64,000 nt of DNA, taken from the NCBI GenBank assembly GCA_024137785.1, contig JAHRHZ010000087.1, positions 9,953,385 through 10,017,384 on the forward strand, in the 5' to 3' direction. Both the position numbers and the translations under genes were made by a program. This DNA comes from Ginglymostoma cirratum (Eukaryota). Below, in pieces: positions 24,531-37,220 of this stretch (positions are counted from its first letter, which is position 1; each line of letters begins with the position of its first letter). Below the pieces are notes generated by a model, which was not told the origin of the DNA, ran no database searches, and saw only the letters and a program-made list of their open reading frames with translations.

Positions 24531-25550
24531 GTATGATACTCTCACTCCAGCAGATTATAAAACACAGGTGAAACATATGAATTCAAACAACAATTTAGCT
24601 AGTCCACATAATGCAAAACGGAGGAAATACAACAACAATTCAAATGCATTATTTTCAGTCAATAGCAAGGATCCCACTCAGTCCTGTGCTACGACAGGGC
24701 TAGCAAGTCAATCCAAATCAGCCCCACTATCTGGATTTGCAACAGTGAAGGTGAAACATACAATGACCCTCAAAGTTACTTAATTACTTCTACATACTTT
24801 ACAAATAACAGGGTCTTGGACATTAAGTTTATAACTTATACAAAAACCACTTAACTTTAGTAGAACACAGATAAACAACAAAGGCAACCTAATTAATATC
24901 AATAACCATAACCCCTACTCTCACACACAGAGTTAAGGGATAAATTAGAAAGACAATAAAGGTAATTTGACAGTTCAATGAACAATGGATACTAGATCTT
25001 CAGAAATCCTTGAACATCCTGATTGTTCATGAACAAGTAGAATTGTGCATCTTGCCTGAATTCTGAACTTACCAGTTAAAACAGTTTCAGCAGACATCTA
25101 GAAATATTTATTTCTTTCTTACAGATTGGGATTCTTTTCTCAGAACATTCAACAACAATTCACTAACTGGAGAGAAACTGGAAAGACAGCAAAAACAAAG
25201 CTGCTCAGTCTCTGGAAGCTTTCAAAAATGACACTGTCACCTGCCAAACCCAGTCAGAACTGATTCATTCTGTGTGGTTGGTTGGTTAGCACTGGTCCTC
25301 CCTTCATTAATCAATTCAATATCCAGCCAGCTGCCAGCCCTGAACATAGCAAATACTTGATGCCAGGTCATCTACAGCACCCTTCAATCAGTAATCAAGT
25401 TGCATTACTTTCCAGACCAGTTCCCAACAGAAAACATCTGTCCTTGTTCTCTTTTAAAACAAGCTGCTGTTCCAAGTTCAATTCTTAACTTCAACTTCAA
25501 TTCCAAACCAAATGAGGGGTTAAAAAGAGAAAAACAGTGATGGCATGTCA
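24531..25550 (-). mobile_element. Possible solo LTR (~1 kb)
   Basis: Ends TGTCACA at 25544-25550 and (G)TATGATA at ~24531; non-coding; no TSD seen. Confidence 0.35.
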
Positions 25551-25583
25551 CAGGGAAGTTCCGAGACTGAGAATCAAACTTAC

Positions 25584-25735
25584 TTTAAACATTGGTCTGA
25601 CATGTTCAAGATGTGTAGCACTGGTAAATGGTGCTTGTGCATGACTAACGGCCTCCATCAGGACTTTTGCAGTTTTTGCCATTTGCTCCATCTCAAGATT
25701 ATATAGTAGTCTTCGCTGTTTTTCAGTGGCTACAC
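25584..25735 (-). CDS. ARFGEF2: ARFGEF2 exon 19 (152 nt), [20 protein letters not shown]...HVRPMFK
   Basis: ctag|GT..AAA|gtaagt; phase 1-0. Confidence 0.95.
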
Positions 25736-26081
25736 CTAGAAGCAAAGGTGATAAAAAAACTGATACCGAGATGGAAAGAAATTTAAGCAAATTCAACTAA
25801 AAATTTCCCATTAAAATCGAGTGATAAGTCAGTAAAGTTTAAATTGTTTAAATGAAACAAAGTGTAGAACCAAAGTCACCGAAAGTCATTACAGCAGTAA
25901 TTGAACTTAGGAGGTTTAAAATGTACAAAGCCTCTGTGAAAAGGACAGAATATAAAGTTTAAGGTAAATAGATGAGGGAGTACAGTAAGGTGGTGTATAG
26001 GCTGGCTGGCAAATGGGTGAGCAAGGTGGTAGGCTTAGTCAGGCGTGTGAAGGGAGCTTAGAGTATCAGGACAGCACTGGG

Positions 26082-26475
26082 TGTTAGAAGACGACTAATT
26101 CCTTAAGGATTTCCCTGGGAACCAATTACGAAGTACCTACTGCAGCTAAAACATATGACTGGGAACATAATGATGTACAACGGTCCAAATATGATTGGAT
26201 AATATAGTCAATATACATTAACCTGGAATGTGAACACAATTGAGTAGAGATAGGAGAGTATTGTAAAGTGTAACATTTGATTGGAAACTATTATTTAGAG
26301 GAATAGTTGATTAGAAACTGGTTATCGGTAAGAATAGTATAAAACCTTAGGTCTGGCAATTAAGATTGGAGTTGTACGCCATTTTCTTGATGTGACTCCT
26401 GTGTGTGCATGAATAAATGTTTAAATAAAGAAAAACAAACAGTCTCGAAGAAGAAATAAATAGTTAATACTAACC
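26082..26475 (+). mobile_element. Probable solo LTR (~390 bp)
   Basis: TGTTAG...CTAAC(C) inverted termini; TATAAAA at ~26338 followed by AATAAA at ~26412. Confidence 0.5.
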
Positions 26476-27261
26476 CTGTCACTTGGTAATATGAAAATAA
26501 AAATGTTTATTCCTTTGAGTAATTCAAAATATGCACTTAAACACACGGTAAGGAGGTAGAAAATAGACTTTCTCACAGCAGAGATTCAGTTTAGTACAAA
26601 GCACTTTTGGCCAATAATGATTAATTCTCAAAGTCAAAAAAGGATAAAGATGCGCAAATTGGTTTTCAGTTTGCATCCTAGTGCACGTCACAGAACATAG
26701 GCAATTGTTGACATTCAAGTAGTAGAAGAAGAGAACTTCCTCAAAGTTTTCACAAAAGCAGCTGAATAGCGTTCCAGGTACCATCCTGGATGTTCTAGGG
26801 CTTTTAGAGAAAACAGGAGAGTTGAGCTGGGAAGCTTGTTCAGCAGTTTGGAAAGAAACTTCCTGCCTGAAAACCCGAAACTTGAACAGCATACAAAACA
26901 TTGTCCAAAAGAAAGAGCCACAAAACTTGGTGACCTCTACCAAACAAGTACAGCAATGAGCTAAAACCATGTGGATTCCAGGAAATGCTTGTTTTCTCAA
27001 AATAAATTGGACAAAAGAAGACAAAAACAAAAAAAAAAAAGTATCTTAACAGAACTTGAAATAAACCAATGTTTCAATAACCCCCCAAACTTAAGTCCTA
27101 AAAAAGATGAACTACGAAGCCGCCATAATATCTGCACCAATATTTTTAAATCTATAGAAACTATGACATTCAATATACTCTCGTTTTTGGAGGATCACTA
27201 AAGTATTTGTGCTCTATATTTAGCAGCCAATTTCTTGAAATAGTCAACGTTAAAAACTTAC

Positions 27262-27433
27262 TTGGTTTGGTAGACTTTGGTGTCACTGAAAATTCTTTAG
27301 TCTCTTTCATGGCAATTTTTTTCCCTGCAATCTCATCATAAATAGAAGACAGGTATTCTTCTGGCAGATCTTTGTTGTCATGGATCCCACGATTCATTTT
27401 TATGTACTGTTCTTTTGTCATTTTGTTCTTTAC
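27262..27433 (-). CDS. ARFGEF2: ARFGEF2 exon 18 (172 nt), VKNKMTKEQYIKMNRGIHDNKDLPEEYL...KSTKP
   Basis: acag|GTA..A|gtaagt; phase 0-1. Confidence 0.95.
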
Positions 27434-28048
27434 CTGTTCAATACATAAATGTAACACAAGTCTTACAATAGGATTTTAAGGAAGTGTTTTTGCCACTGCA
27501 GACTCAATAGACTGAAGGATCTTTTCTGCTCTATATGATTCTGTGTTTCCATGAAGCTATATAGATGTCTTAACCGATTCTTGAATAAAGCTTCTAATAA
27601 AATCACTTTTTTGTTTTAAAGGGAGGCCCTAAAGGTTTTTCATTTGTTTCAACACCACTGATTGGATATTCTTTCTTGTGGCCTTATTTGATCCAAATAA
27701 TTCTCTTTATAATAAGTAGTTTCTTCAGCAACAGTATAATAATGATGCTAACATTGAGACAATCATCAGCTTGGTTGGTAATATAAGTTGTGTTACCAGA
27801 TCAGGGGCCTGCTCCCTGTGGAAGTTAAAAGTTCCACCCGTCTCCACAATAATAAAAAGCCGATTTTATTTCGTGAAGTGACATGATCTCCTATTGCGGT
27901 CATTGCAGTTTCAATAAAATGCAAAAATGCGCAATGTGACGACACAGGAGGGGAACGAAAATATATATTTCATGATCATGCTACATGGAAAATTTTCAGA
28001 GAGGGATGCCATGGGGGGGCAGAAAAGAGAAAGTCCATACCCAAATTA

Positions 28049-28252
<204 letters not shown>

Positions 28253-28346
28253 TTACCTAATTAAATACGTTAAAAATCTTCAAGTACAATTTTTGAAAGC
28301 ATCACCAATTCTCACTAAGATTTAAAACATTTACACTTTGAATTAC

Positions 28347-28552
28347 CCTTGATTACATTCCAAATATCTTGCTGCAAACTTTTCCATGAGTCGGTCAATT
28401 TTCTGCGCTTCCCCAGGCAGACGAAAGCCTTCAAGATATATACGAAGTGCTGAGACAAAATCCTTCTCACAGAAGTCCAGTTGATCAACATAAGCATACA
28501 TCACTTCTTTGTTGAATTTACTATTCTCGCCTAGGAATTCACCCACTTGACT
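28347..28552 (-). CDS. ARFGEF2: ARFGEF2 exon 16 (206 nt), Sec7 catalytic motif [18 protein letters not shown]
   Basis: acag|AGT..GG|gtaatt; phase 0-2; glutamic finger present. Confidence 0.96.
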
Positions 28553-29436
28553 CTGTGGAAGTGTGCAAGGACATTCAGCAATGTTAAATTAATTTCAAGT
28601 TCTGACATGAGATTAAACAGTCATTAAAAAATTACAATACAAAGAAAGAAGAATGATTCTTTCAGTTCACAGACAAGCCAAACACTGGAATAATTAAAAG
28701 AATACTCCAAGATAAAGATCTTTTAGTCACATTATTTGAGCTCCAAATGAAATAAATATTTGCCATGAAGTGGATTTGAATTCATGATAAACGCTGTCAC
28801 TGGGGTGGGCAGAGGAAGGGGGAAGAAGCAGGCGAAGGGGGAGACAGACACACAAAGGCATTGGCATTTTCTTCACATTAATAGCTCATTTAATCCCAAT
28901 CTCAGGAGCATACATTCCAACAAAAAGTCATGTAATATACAACATACCAAGTATAGTCCCTGGCACATTTAGTCCGTTGTGTAATTCTTACAGTCAAACT
29001 TCTTATCCACCATTCATAGTTAAAATGAGATTGTCAGAATGAAGAACTGACTTGAAGCTTAAAATCAACATGCATCTGTGATCATACTGTCAACCATGTA
29101 TACATGCAAAATATGGGGAGGAGAACATTAAAGCACCTTGAATTTTAGTTACACTTCAAGATTAAACAAAGAAAATACAAGTAGTTTTCTAAAGTTTATT
29201 ATTTGCAGTCAGATATAACGCTACTCCTGAATTATCCAAAGTTCAGAACTTTTATGCTTAAGAACAATAAGCATGCATATGAATCAGAGGCAAAAGAAAA
29301 CTTATTTTATTCTTTTTTGCTTTTAGGATACTGGCTATTTTGTTTTCAGCAAAGTTTGCATTCAGAAATAGAACAAAACATCATTAGCAGAGAAAAGAGC
29401 TTTTACTCACATCTTATGAATTAATGTAAATCTTAC

Positions 29437-29548
29437 CGAATCTAATCTTTCTTCTTGTTGTAGAAATTGTGCTATGTCTTCAGCTGTTGTGCCCAACATT
29501 CCTTGGTCTTGCAAGTACTGCACACCTTTCTTTGGCTTTCTGTTGAAC
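29437..29548 (-). CDS. ARFGEF2: ARFGEF2 exon 15 (112 nt), [19 protein letters not shown]...EERLDS (Sec7)
   Basis: ccag|G..TCG|gtaaga; phase 2-0. Confidence 0.95.
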
Positions 29549-29781
29549 CTGGAGATGAAGAAAAAAGTGCTATTACCATCATTGTCATTTGACAAGAGCT
29601 ACTGCAGACACAAGGATTTCACAGATTTTCTAAACTGGAATGTAAAGTCCACATTTTTTTATATTTCTTTAATTTGGATTGCGGACGGAAATGTGAAAGG
29701 AATTTTAAAGCAAGTACTGTGGCAGGAGCTTGTGCACCTCCAAAAAAGTTAATTGGAACTTATTGTGAGATGTGCTAACAC

Positions 29782-30602
29782 TGTTGCTACGTTCAAACAG
29801 TGGGAGACGATGCCTTGGCGTCATGGGTGTGAACATTCATTTGTAAGCTTTGGTGGAGGCAGATTGCCCATTGGTTGTGCATTTAGGATCAGTTGTGGAG
29901 GCCAGAGTCATCAAGTTGACAACTCTGACTGCTTGGCAGGGAAACAGAATGTGCATGAACAACATAGGGCCAAAAGTCTCCAGACTGCAGGGAAAGGGTC
30001 TCCCTTATTCTGCAGTGAAGTAACCAAAACCCAGAAGACAGCTATTTTTTCCCCCCAACGGTTGTTGCAAACTGTTGCCTCTAACTAGTGACTGAAAGAC
30101 TGAACAATTAGTGTGCCAATTGTCTCAAGTCTGCAGTAAAGATCTTGTAAAGAATAAGCAGCTTGGAGATTAGAAGGACTTAAAGCAAAATAAACCCCTC
30201 TGAATCTTATCGACTGGTAATTTTGAACTAATTCCCCAGTTTTATTTTTCCACCCATAATACCCATTTGTGTTTGTTTTTCTACGAGCACGTGCATGCAC
30301 ATGTGCACGTGCTTAAGAAGGGGCTGAGAGTTTCTCCTACAGGGCCCATGTGTTGACAGTTCATATTTTTGTTTGACTGCGGCTAGAATCGAGTTCTTTG
30401 TAATAAATAGCAGTTTCCTGTTAAGTAAGGCCTGGTCCAGGTTTTGTTAGTACGAGTTCATCAGACAGGAAAATTTGGGACTTTGAGCAATTTGATTAAA
30501 TATTTAACATTGTGACGACCCTGGTATAAGTGGTGCTTAAATAGTGGCATGTACCTGATGTTTGTAAGTAGCAGTTCCTTGTCAACTTACTGTAAAGCAA
30601 CA
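29782..30602 (+). mobile_element. Probable solo LTR (~820 bp)
   Basis: 7-bp inverted termini TGTTGCT...AGCAACA; AATAAA at ~30402; TSD not clean. Confidence 0.5.
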
Positions 30603-31272
30603 GAACATGCTGAGAGCCGAAACTATTCCGACAATATTTCCAAGAGCTATGATACACCAAAGCAGCCAGGTGCAAATGCTCATGGTTCATTCTAAATATA
30701 GAAGCTATACTGCAAAAAAAACTGTCTAGTGTTAGGTATATACACGGATGCAAATTGTTCAAACAGAAGTGATTTTTAAAACTTCTTGCCACGGAGACCC
30801 CAGTTGAAGACCTGAAAATTATCACAATCCCTCAGGAGAGTCGGTGCCTGTCTGGTTAGGCCAAATGTGCAGATATTATGATTTAGTTAAAGTTCTATAG
30901 CAGCTATTGCTGCCTCAGAGCTTGCAACTCCAATATTTCAGCTCCACTTTGACAGGCACTGAACTAGAACTATCTAACATAGTCCAATTGCCCTGCATCT
31001 TATATATTCTTCCTTTTCAAGTATTTATCCAATTCCTTTAGAAATGTCACAGCTTCAGCCTCAATAGCCACTTGTATTTTAATGGTTTCATGTGAATCTT
31101 TATGTTTTCACAGAAAGGTAAATGAAGGGCAGTCTTGGAACATTTGCTCCTGATTTATCTTCTTGTCCATATCTGTTATGTTCACACAAACTAGATGGAT
31201 GCAATTAAATACTATTCAAGTTGTACATGTATAATTTGCCAACCAAAGTAACTGTTATCCATGAAAGGTTGA

Positions 31273-31407
31273 CCCAAAGTGTGGAGCTGGAGGAACACAG
31301 CAGGCCAGGCTGCATCAGAGGAGCTCTGATGCTGCCTGGCCTGCTGTGTTCCGCCAGCTCCACACTTCGTTATCTCGGATTCTCCAGCATCTGCAGTTCT
31401 TGCTGCC
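31273..31407. mobile_element. Penelope-type terminal-repeat relic forming a 44-bp hairpin
   Basis: Arms 31277-31320 and 31324-31367, 42/44 complementary; GATGCTGCC..CCTGCTG and CAGCATCTGCAGTTC motifs resemble 45601-45790. Confidence 0.7.
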
Positions 31408-34018
31408 TCGATCTTTCACGGGCATTTTTTGCTGAAACAGCGTTACAACGTATTTTTACGGGCTGGCAAATCAGACTTGTAGAATTTACAACATTAACAG
31501 ATGGTCCAGCCATACGTATGCAGATAAGACAATTGAGCTTGATGCAGTTGAATTCTATCAAAAGAAAGGAATAACCATCCAAAAGCTCATCACACTAGAT
31601 TTCAATAATATATCTGCAAAGGTTTACATTTCTTTTTCTTACTGAGTTATTAATTCTGGGTAAACTAATTTTTTTTAAAGGAAAAAAAAACGTCTTTTGA
31701 GCGCCGGTTTAAGGGTCACTCTCTAACAAGATAGCAATACTTATTTATGAAGGAATAGTATATAAATAAATTTTGTCCTTAAAACAGGAGGCTAGCAGGT
31801 AAATCAGAGCCAACAGTTGGCTAAGTGGCAGAATTTCACCTCCAAATCAGATGTTTTAGCCTTGTATTCCATTCTAAGCTGTCCTGGCAAGTGTAGCTTT
31901 GGCGCTTAATTTGGGTTTGACGTCCAGTGTGTGTCAGATTCCCTTCTCCCTCTCCATCATTCACATTGTGATAAACCATTCCACCCTGCTGCATGAATCA
32001 CCTTAATCAGTTTGTGTAAGGACAATGGTATTCACATTACTCCGATCTTCACAACAACCAAGACCCTCTTTACCATAGAGAAAAAGTGGGCAGAAGACAT
32101 CACGAAAACAAAATCCCTGAAGCTGGCTTTTCTCTTTCTCACGGTCCAAACATAGTTAACACATGCATGGTTTACAGAGGTAGCTTGTCAATTAAGCCAT
32201 TAGCTGGCACTATTTGTTTAGGATAGCCAGCGTACCCCATTTGGAGAGTTGATGTGCCCTTACGGATATAGTCCCAGGATACCTTTGGGGTGAAGGTCAG
32301 GGGGCCTACTCAGCTGCCCTTTGGGATTGCTATCTGCAGAGAAAACTATGTGAAAGGTGCGTAAACCGACCCAGAACTTTCCCAGCTGCTGGGTGCAATG
32401 GAGGGTGCCAGGAGATTTACAGTGGCATTAGATTTCATAGGTTGGCATTGATAGGGCATGAGGATGGTGTCAAGGTGAGGGCACGTGAGGTATTGTGAGC
32501 TGGAGAAAGGTTTCATATTTTAATGATTTATTTTAACTTTTGGCCACAGTGCAGCCTCATGGCAGATTTTCCACCTTGCTTACTTGAGAACTGGCAGCCT
32601 GTTCAGCTCTTCTCAGGTCACCTGGCCCAACTTGCCATTATGTTCATCAGCCTTGAACTGCTACAACTATTCACACTACCACCTCCAGGAGGACAGTATG
32701 AAGAGAAGTAAACGTTACTCTGTATAACTGCACACATACAGCATTTCTCAGTTTTAGATGGACCCAAATTTTCTCCATGTCTTCAGTGATTTAATACATT
32801 TCACTCAGACTTAATCTTTTTTGCAGATTCTGCAAAACTGTGCCAAAATCCTCTGCAACTCAAGCACGGGCGTGTTTCTGTGCATTAGTGTGGCTCTTAT
32901 AAACTTCCTGAATTTCTCAGTTGTGCAGTAAATTAACACTTGAAATTTCAAGCACAATATGACCGAATATCATATTTCAGTCAATATTCCCTCAAAGTTG
33001 AAACTTTGTTCTAGCAATTTGGTTGCATCTTTGCAGCACCAGAATAACTTGCATCAAATACTGAAAATCTTCTACAATTGTAGTATGTTAAATATTAGAG
33101 GCCAAGAGATTCCATTTTGAATCAAATTTGCAAACTAGGCACAACTGTGCTCAGTCGCAGAAAATTTTTTTGCCAAGTACCCTCTTAACAAATTTGCTCA
33201 TTGCAAAGGTAAAACCTTCCATGGACCAGTGCAACTAGAGTGTATTTTCTTTGGTGAAAGTTTCTGCTAATAAATATTCCTACATAAAATTGTATCAGTT
33301 TGCTACTCAAATTCATATGAACATAGACAAACAAAAACCACTTTGGTATTTAGTCTACCACCTTAAGTAACCTGATGCTGAACAAATAAAAATGTCCAAG
33401 TCATTCAGAACTTTTTACTTGTTTCAATGATGTAGTCATTAGTATCTTAGAAACTTAAGAAATGAGGTTTATGTGTCTATAATCATCATTGTACTCAAGA
33501 AAAAGTTTCAATTTTAAAAATTGCCTCAAAGCCTACCCAATGGACTTAAATTAATGGCAATTCACAATAAAAATTTCTTTGATTTGGAGGTCTTAATTCC
33601 TCCAATCTTCCTGCTGGTTCAAGTGGACTTTAGACAGATTTTATTCAAAAATCAGAAGTAAGCAACTCTTGCCCTCTGACTCTAACAGTGTATAACAATG
33701 ATGTGAAGCTTTTAAATCTTAATTTCCATTGAAACAAAGAGACTAGGAGAAATATAACATCAGTTGACAGCTTCCTCAGATTTGGATGGAGCAGGCTTGT
33801 ATTATCCAATAGCCTGTGTCTTCCTCAGCTTTTCGTACATGTAAAGTTATTGCAACTTGGTCAAATCCATTTCTTAAAAGTTTAAATTTAATTTAATTTA
33901 ATTTAAAGCCCCTTGCAGCAGAAAGGGTAGCTGTTAGTACATAGAATCCCATAAAACCAAACAGTAAGTCTTAAAGCAGAATAAATATTCAAATCGGCTA
34001 TTATAGTTGAGTACTCAC

Positions 34019-34220
34019 AGATCTATCCCTTGTTCTATAATATCCTTCTGTTGTTTCAGGACTTCAAATTGCTCAGGATCGTCTGCTGCACATGTCTGCG
34101 CACTGATACTCCCAATACCTGATGATATTGTGGAGTCAAAGGAATTTGTACTCCCTCGGCGGCGTGTAGTTTCCAAATGTTTACCTTCACAGTTCTCTTG
34201 CTCGGATGACTTCTCTTGAC
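34019..34220 (-). CDS. ARFGEF2: ARFGEF2 exon 14 (202 nt), GQEKSSEQE...[22 protein letters not shown] (start of Sec7)
   Basis: gtag|GT..CT|gtgagt; phase 1-2. Confidence 0.93.
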
Positions 34221-34388
34221 CTACACATTCATTTAATGAGAATCTGATATTTCAGTTACATTGTTTGCCAATTGCATTGTTTAGAAATTGTTCACAACTT
34301 CTAAGTAAGGTTACTTTCCTAAACATTACTGTCAGTGAAAATAAAAGTTGAGATTTCCAAGGCAGAAAAAGATGTTTTGCCAACTCAC

Positions 34389-34497
34389 CAAGATTTGTCT
34401 GAAGGTTTGGATTTATGTATAAATCTTTACTCCACTCAACCATGCATTTTAGGATAGAAACCAAACATTCCAGTCCTTTCTTCCTCAGACTCAGTTC
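34389..34497 (-). CDS. ARFGEF2: ARFGEF2 exon 13 (109 nt), [36 protein letters not shown]
   Basis: tcag|GAA..G|gtgagt; phase 0-1. Confidence 0.95.
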
Positions 34498-35021
34498 CTG
34501 AAAAGGTAGATAAACATTTCCTCATTGGGACAAATTAAATATCAAATTTGTCTTAAATATCTAAAAGACAAATTAAGAACTTGAAGAACCATGAACTCAA
34601 TGCTTTTTGTTCTCATTCTCTGATCAAGAGATATGGATTTAAAATCAAATGTGGTTTGTATTTAATTCTTTGCTACAAAGAGAAACATTCTCAATATTTA
34701 AAATTTCAGGAGACAATATAAAACCACCGGTCACATTTTCTAAAAGGAAACATAAATGAACTATTGACTTGCAGCTACAAATGTTTTCCTTCCGAAGACA
34801 AAATTTGCACTCCAATCATTCTGCAGTTCACTGGAAAAACATGTGCATTTGCCAAAGCTACGACAAGCAGAACAAAAAGTACCAAATTCCAGGCCCCTTT
34901 GTCTGACAAACATCAGAACAATGCAGGTGAAGACAACTGAGAAAAATCAGAATGTGTTTGCAGTTTATTCCTTCTGCAGCATTTTGATATAACTTAATGG
35001 TATACTTGATGACTTTAAAGA

Positions 35022-35120
35022 ACTGTTAAGAATCAACCACATTGCTGTGGGTCTGAAGTCCACACAGGGTTAAAAACAGCAGATTCCATTCCCTAAAAAA
35101 CATTTGTCAATCAGATGGGT
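35022..35120 (-). mobile_element. SINE fragment (60975-61346 family)
   Basis: ttaagaatcaaccacattgctgtgggtctg...cagatgggtt matches 61062-61171. Confidence 0.7.
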
Positions 35121-36620
35121 TCAGAGATAGTCTGAGTGCATGAATCACAAAAGGTGAATGAGCAAGTACAGCAAGTAATGAGGAAAAATAAAAGAATGCG
35201 ATCAGTTAATAAGGGGGAAACTGAAGACCAAAGTAGGGAAGTTATGCTTTCACTACACAGGACATTGGTGAGACTGCATCTAGGAGTACTGCACACAGTA
35301 TTGGACAGTTCATTTAACAAGGGAGGTAAAATGTGTTGGAAGCAGTTCAGAGAATGTTTACTGAACAAACACTTGGGAGGTGGTTAATTATTAGGTAAGA
35401 TTGGACAGGTTAGGTTTGAATCTTAATTCAAGCAAATAATGATGAGATTACTTGATTGAAACACAAAAGATCCTGAGAAATCTTGATGAGGTAGATGTAG
35501 AAAGGACATTTCCTCTTATAGAGGAAACAAGAACTAGAGGTCACTGTTTAAAAATCAGGGGTCCCTTATAACAGAAGAGAGGCAACATTGGTCATATGTT
35601 TGGTCTTATTTCCCTACAAAAAATTGGTGGAAGCAGAGATCTGGAATATATTTTTAAGTTAGAACTAGATGGATAGATCAACATCTATATCCTCCCATCT
35701 AAATATATTCCAGAGGGGAAAAAGGATTCTAAGAGGGGGCAACAGCGTCCATGGCTAAGCAAGAAAATAAAACATGACAAAGGCAACAACTAAGACTTAC
35801 CGTACTTCAAAGGCTGAAGGACTGGGGAACTTCGAAAGATCAACAAAGGGTTACAAAAAAGTAATAAAAAGAGCAAAGGTAAATTATGAATGAAAACCAG
35901 GGCAAATATAAAGAGGAAGAGAGTAGTTAAAATGTTGACCTCTTAGAGGGTGAAACTGCAGAGTTTATGATGGGGAACACAGAAAATGGTAGACACGGAA
36001 TCAATATTTTGTTCCAGTTTTCATGGTGGAAGACAGCAGAGTCATCACAAGAGTAACAAGTAATGCAGAGGTTATGGAAAGAGGAACTTAAAACACAATC
36101 GCCATCTCCAGGGAAAAAGCACTGAGCAAATTATTGAAATTCAAGGCAGACACATCCCGGTGGCCCAATGGCCTACATCCAAGGGACTTAAAAGCAAGCG
36201 GTGGCAGTGACAACGGATGGATGCAGTGGTTATAATATTTCAAAATTCCCTGGTTCTGGGAAAGTTCCCGTGGATTGGAAAAATGTTAAGGCAACAATCC
36301 TTATTCTAAAAAAGGAGTCAGAAAGCAGGAAACTATAGACCAGTTAGTTTAACATGTATCTGTTTAACAGGTAAATCGTGTTGAACTAATTTGCACGAAT
36401 TCTTCAAAAAGTTGATAAGGCAAGTGGACAATAGAGGTTCTGGAGATGCAGTATGTCTGATCTTCCAGAATACATTAGATAATGTGCCACACAAACCTCC
36501 ATTACACAAAGTAAGATCACATGGGGTTTGGAGTAATATATTAGCTTGGATAGTGGATTAGCTAACCAACAGAAAGTAGAGAGTCAGGATAAATAGGTCT
36601 TTTTCTGGTTGGCAAACTGT
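35121..36620 (+). mobile_element. Two decayed CR1-like fragments (3' part ~35121-35670, more 5' part ~35690-36620)
   Basis: ORF 35136-35387 (HESQKVNEQVQQV..EVMLSLHRTLVRLHL); gattggaaaa..aactatagaccagttagtttaac (DWK..NYRPVSL). Confidence 0.8.
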
Positions 36621-36911
36621 AGATAAGGCTGTCATTCAATTAATGCACTGCTCAGCTGTTGAAAAGAGAGCAGTGACCACAAGATGCAATGGCATGCTGC
36701 GAACTTGTAAGGACATCTCCTTACGTTCATTGCTGATATTTGAAGAAACTAGAAGAAGAGATTAAGTTCAAAGTCACAGTGATGATGATATCCACTTGTA
36801 GGGCATGGCAACTAATGCTGTGAGGTGTAATGTCTTAGGAGATAAGGGTATAGATGTCTATGATCAACTGCCTGCAGAGAAGCTGTCTCCAGAGGCACTG
36901 GGTCTTGGACA

Positions 36912-37220
36912 GAAAGTCATATAGCACGGAAACAGACAGTTCAGTCCAACCCATCCATGCTAAACATTATCCCAAACTAAGCCAGCCCCAACTGCCTGCT
37001 CCAGTCCCATATCACTCCACTTTCTTATTCATGCACTTATCCAAATGTCTTTTAGAATGTTCCAATTGTACCTACGTCCACCACTTCAGGAAGTTGATTT
37101 CACGTGCAAACCACCCTGTATAAACAATTTGCTCTTCATGTCTTTTTTAAGTCGCTCTCGTCACCTTAACGTGCCCCCTAGTCTTGAAATCCCTCATCCT
37201 ACGGAAAAGACAACGATTAC
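36912..37220 (-). mobile_element. CR1 3' fragment
   Basis: Closely similar to 23541-23860. Confidence 0.8.

Noticed and set aside
26524-27030. 168-aa minus-strand ORF, the longest in the track
   Set aside because: Cys/Phe-rich with no recognisable motif; intronic; not needed for the ARFGEF2 frame; probably chance in repeat-derived sequence.
31820-33200. GC-richer stretches resembling decayed DNA-transposon/MITE relics (also ~37240-37830)
   Set aside because: No clear TIR pair, TSD or transposase remnant could be fixed.
33882-33907. (AATTT)n self-complementary run
   Set aside because: Short low-complexity AT repeat expected by slippage.
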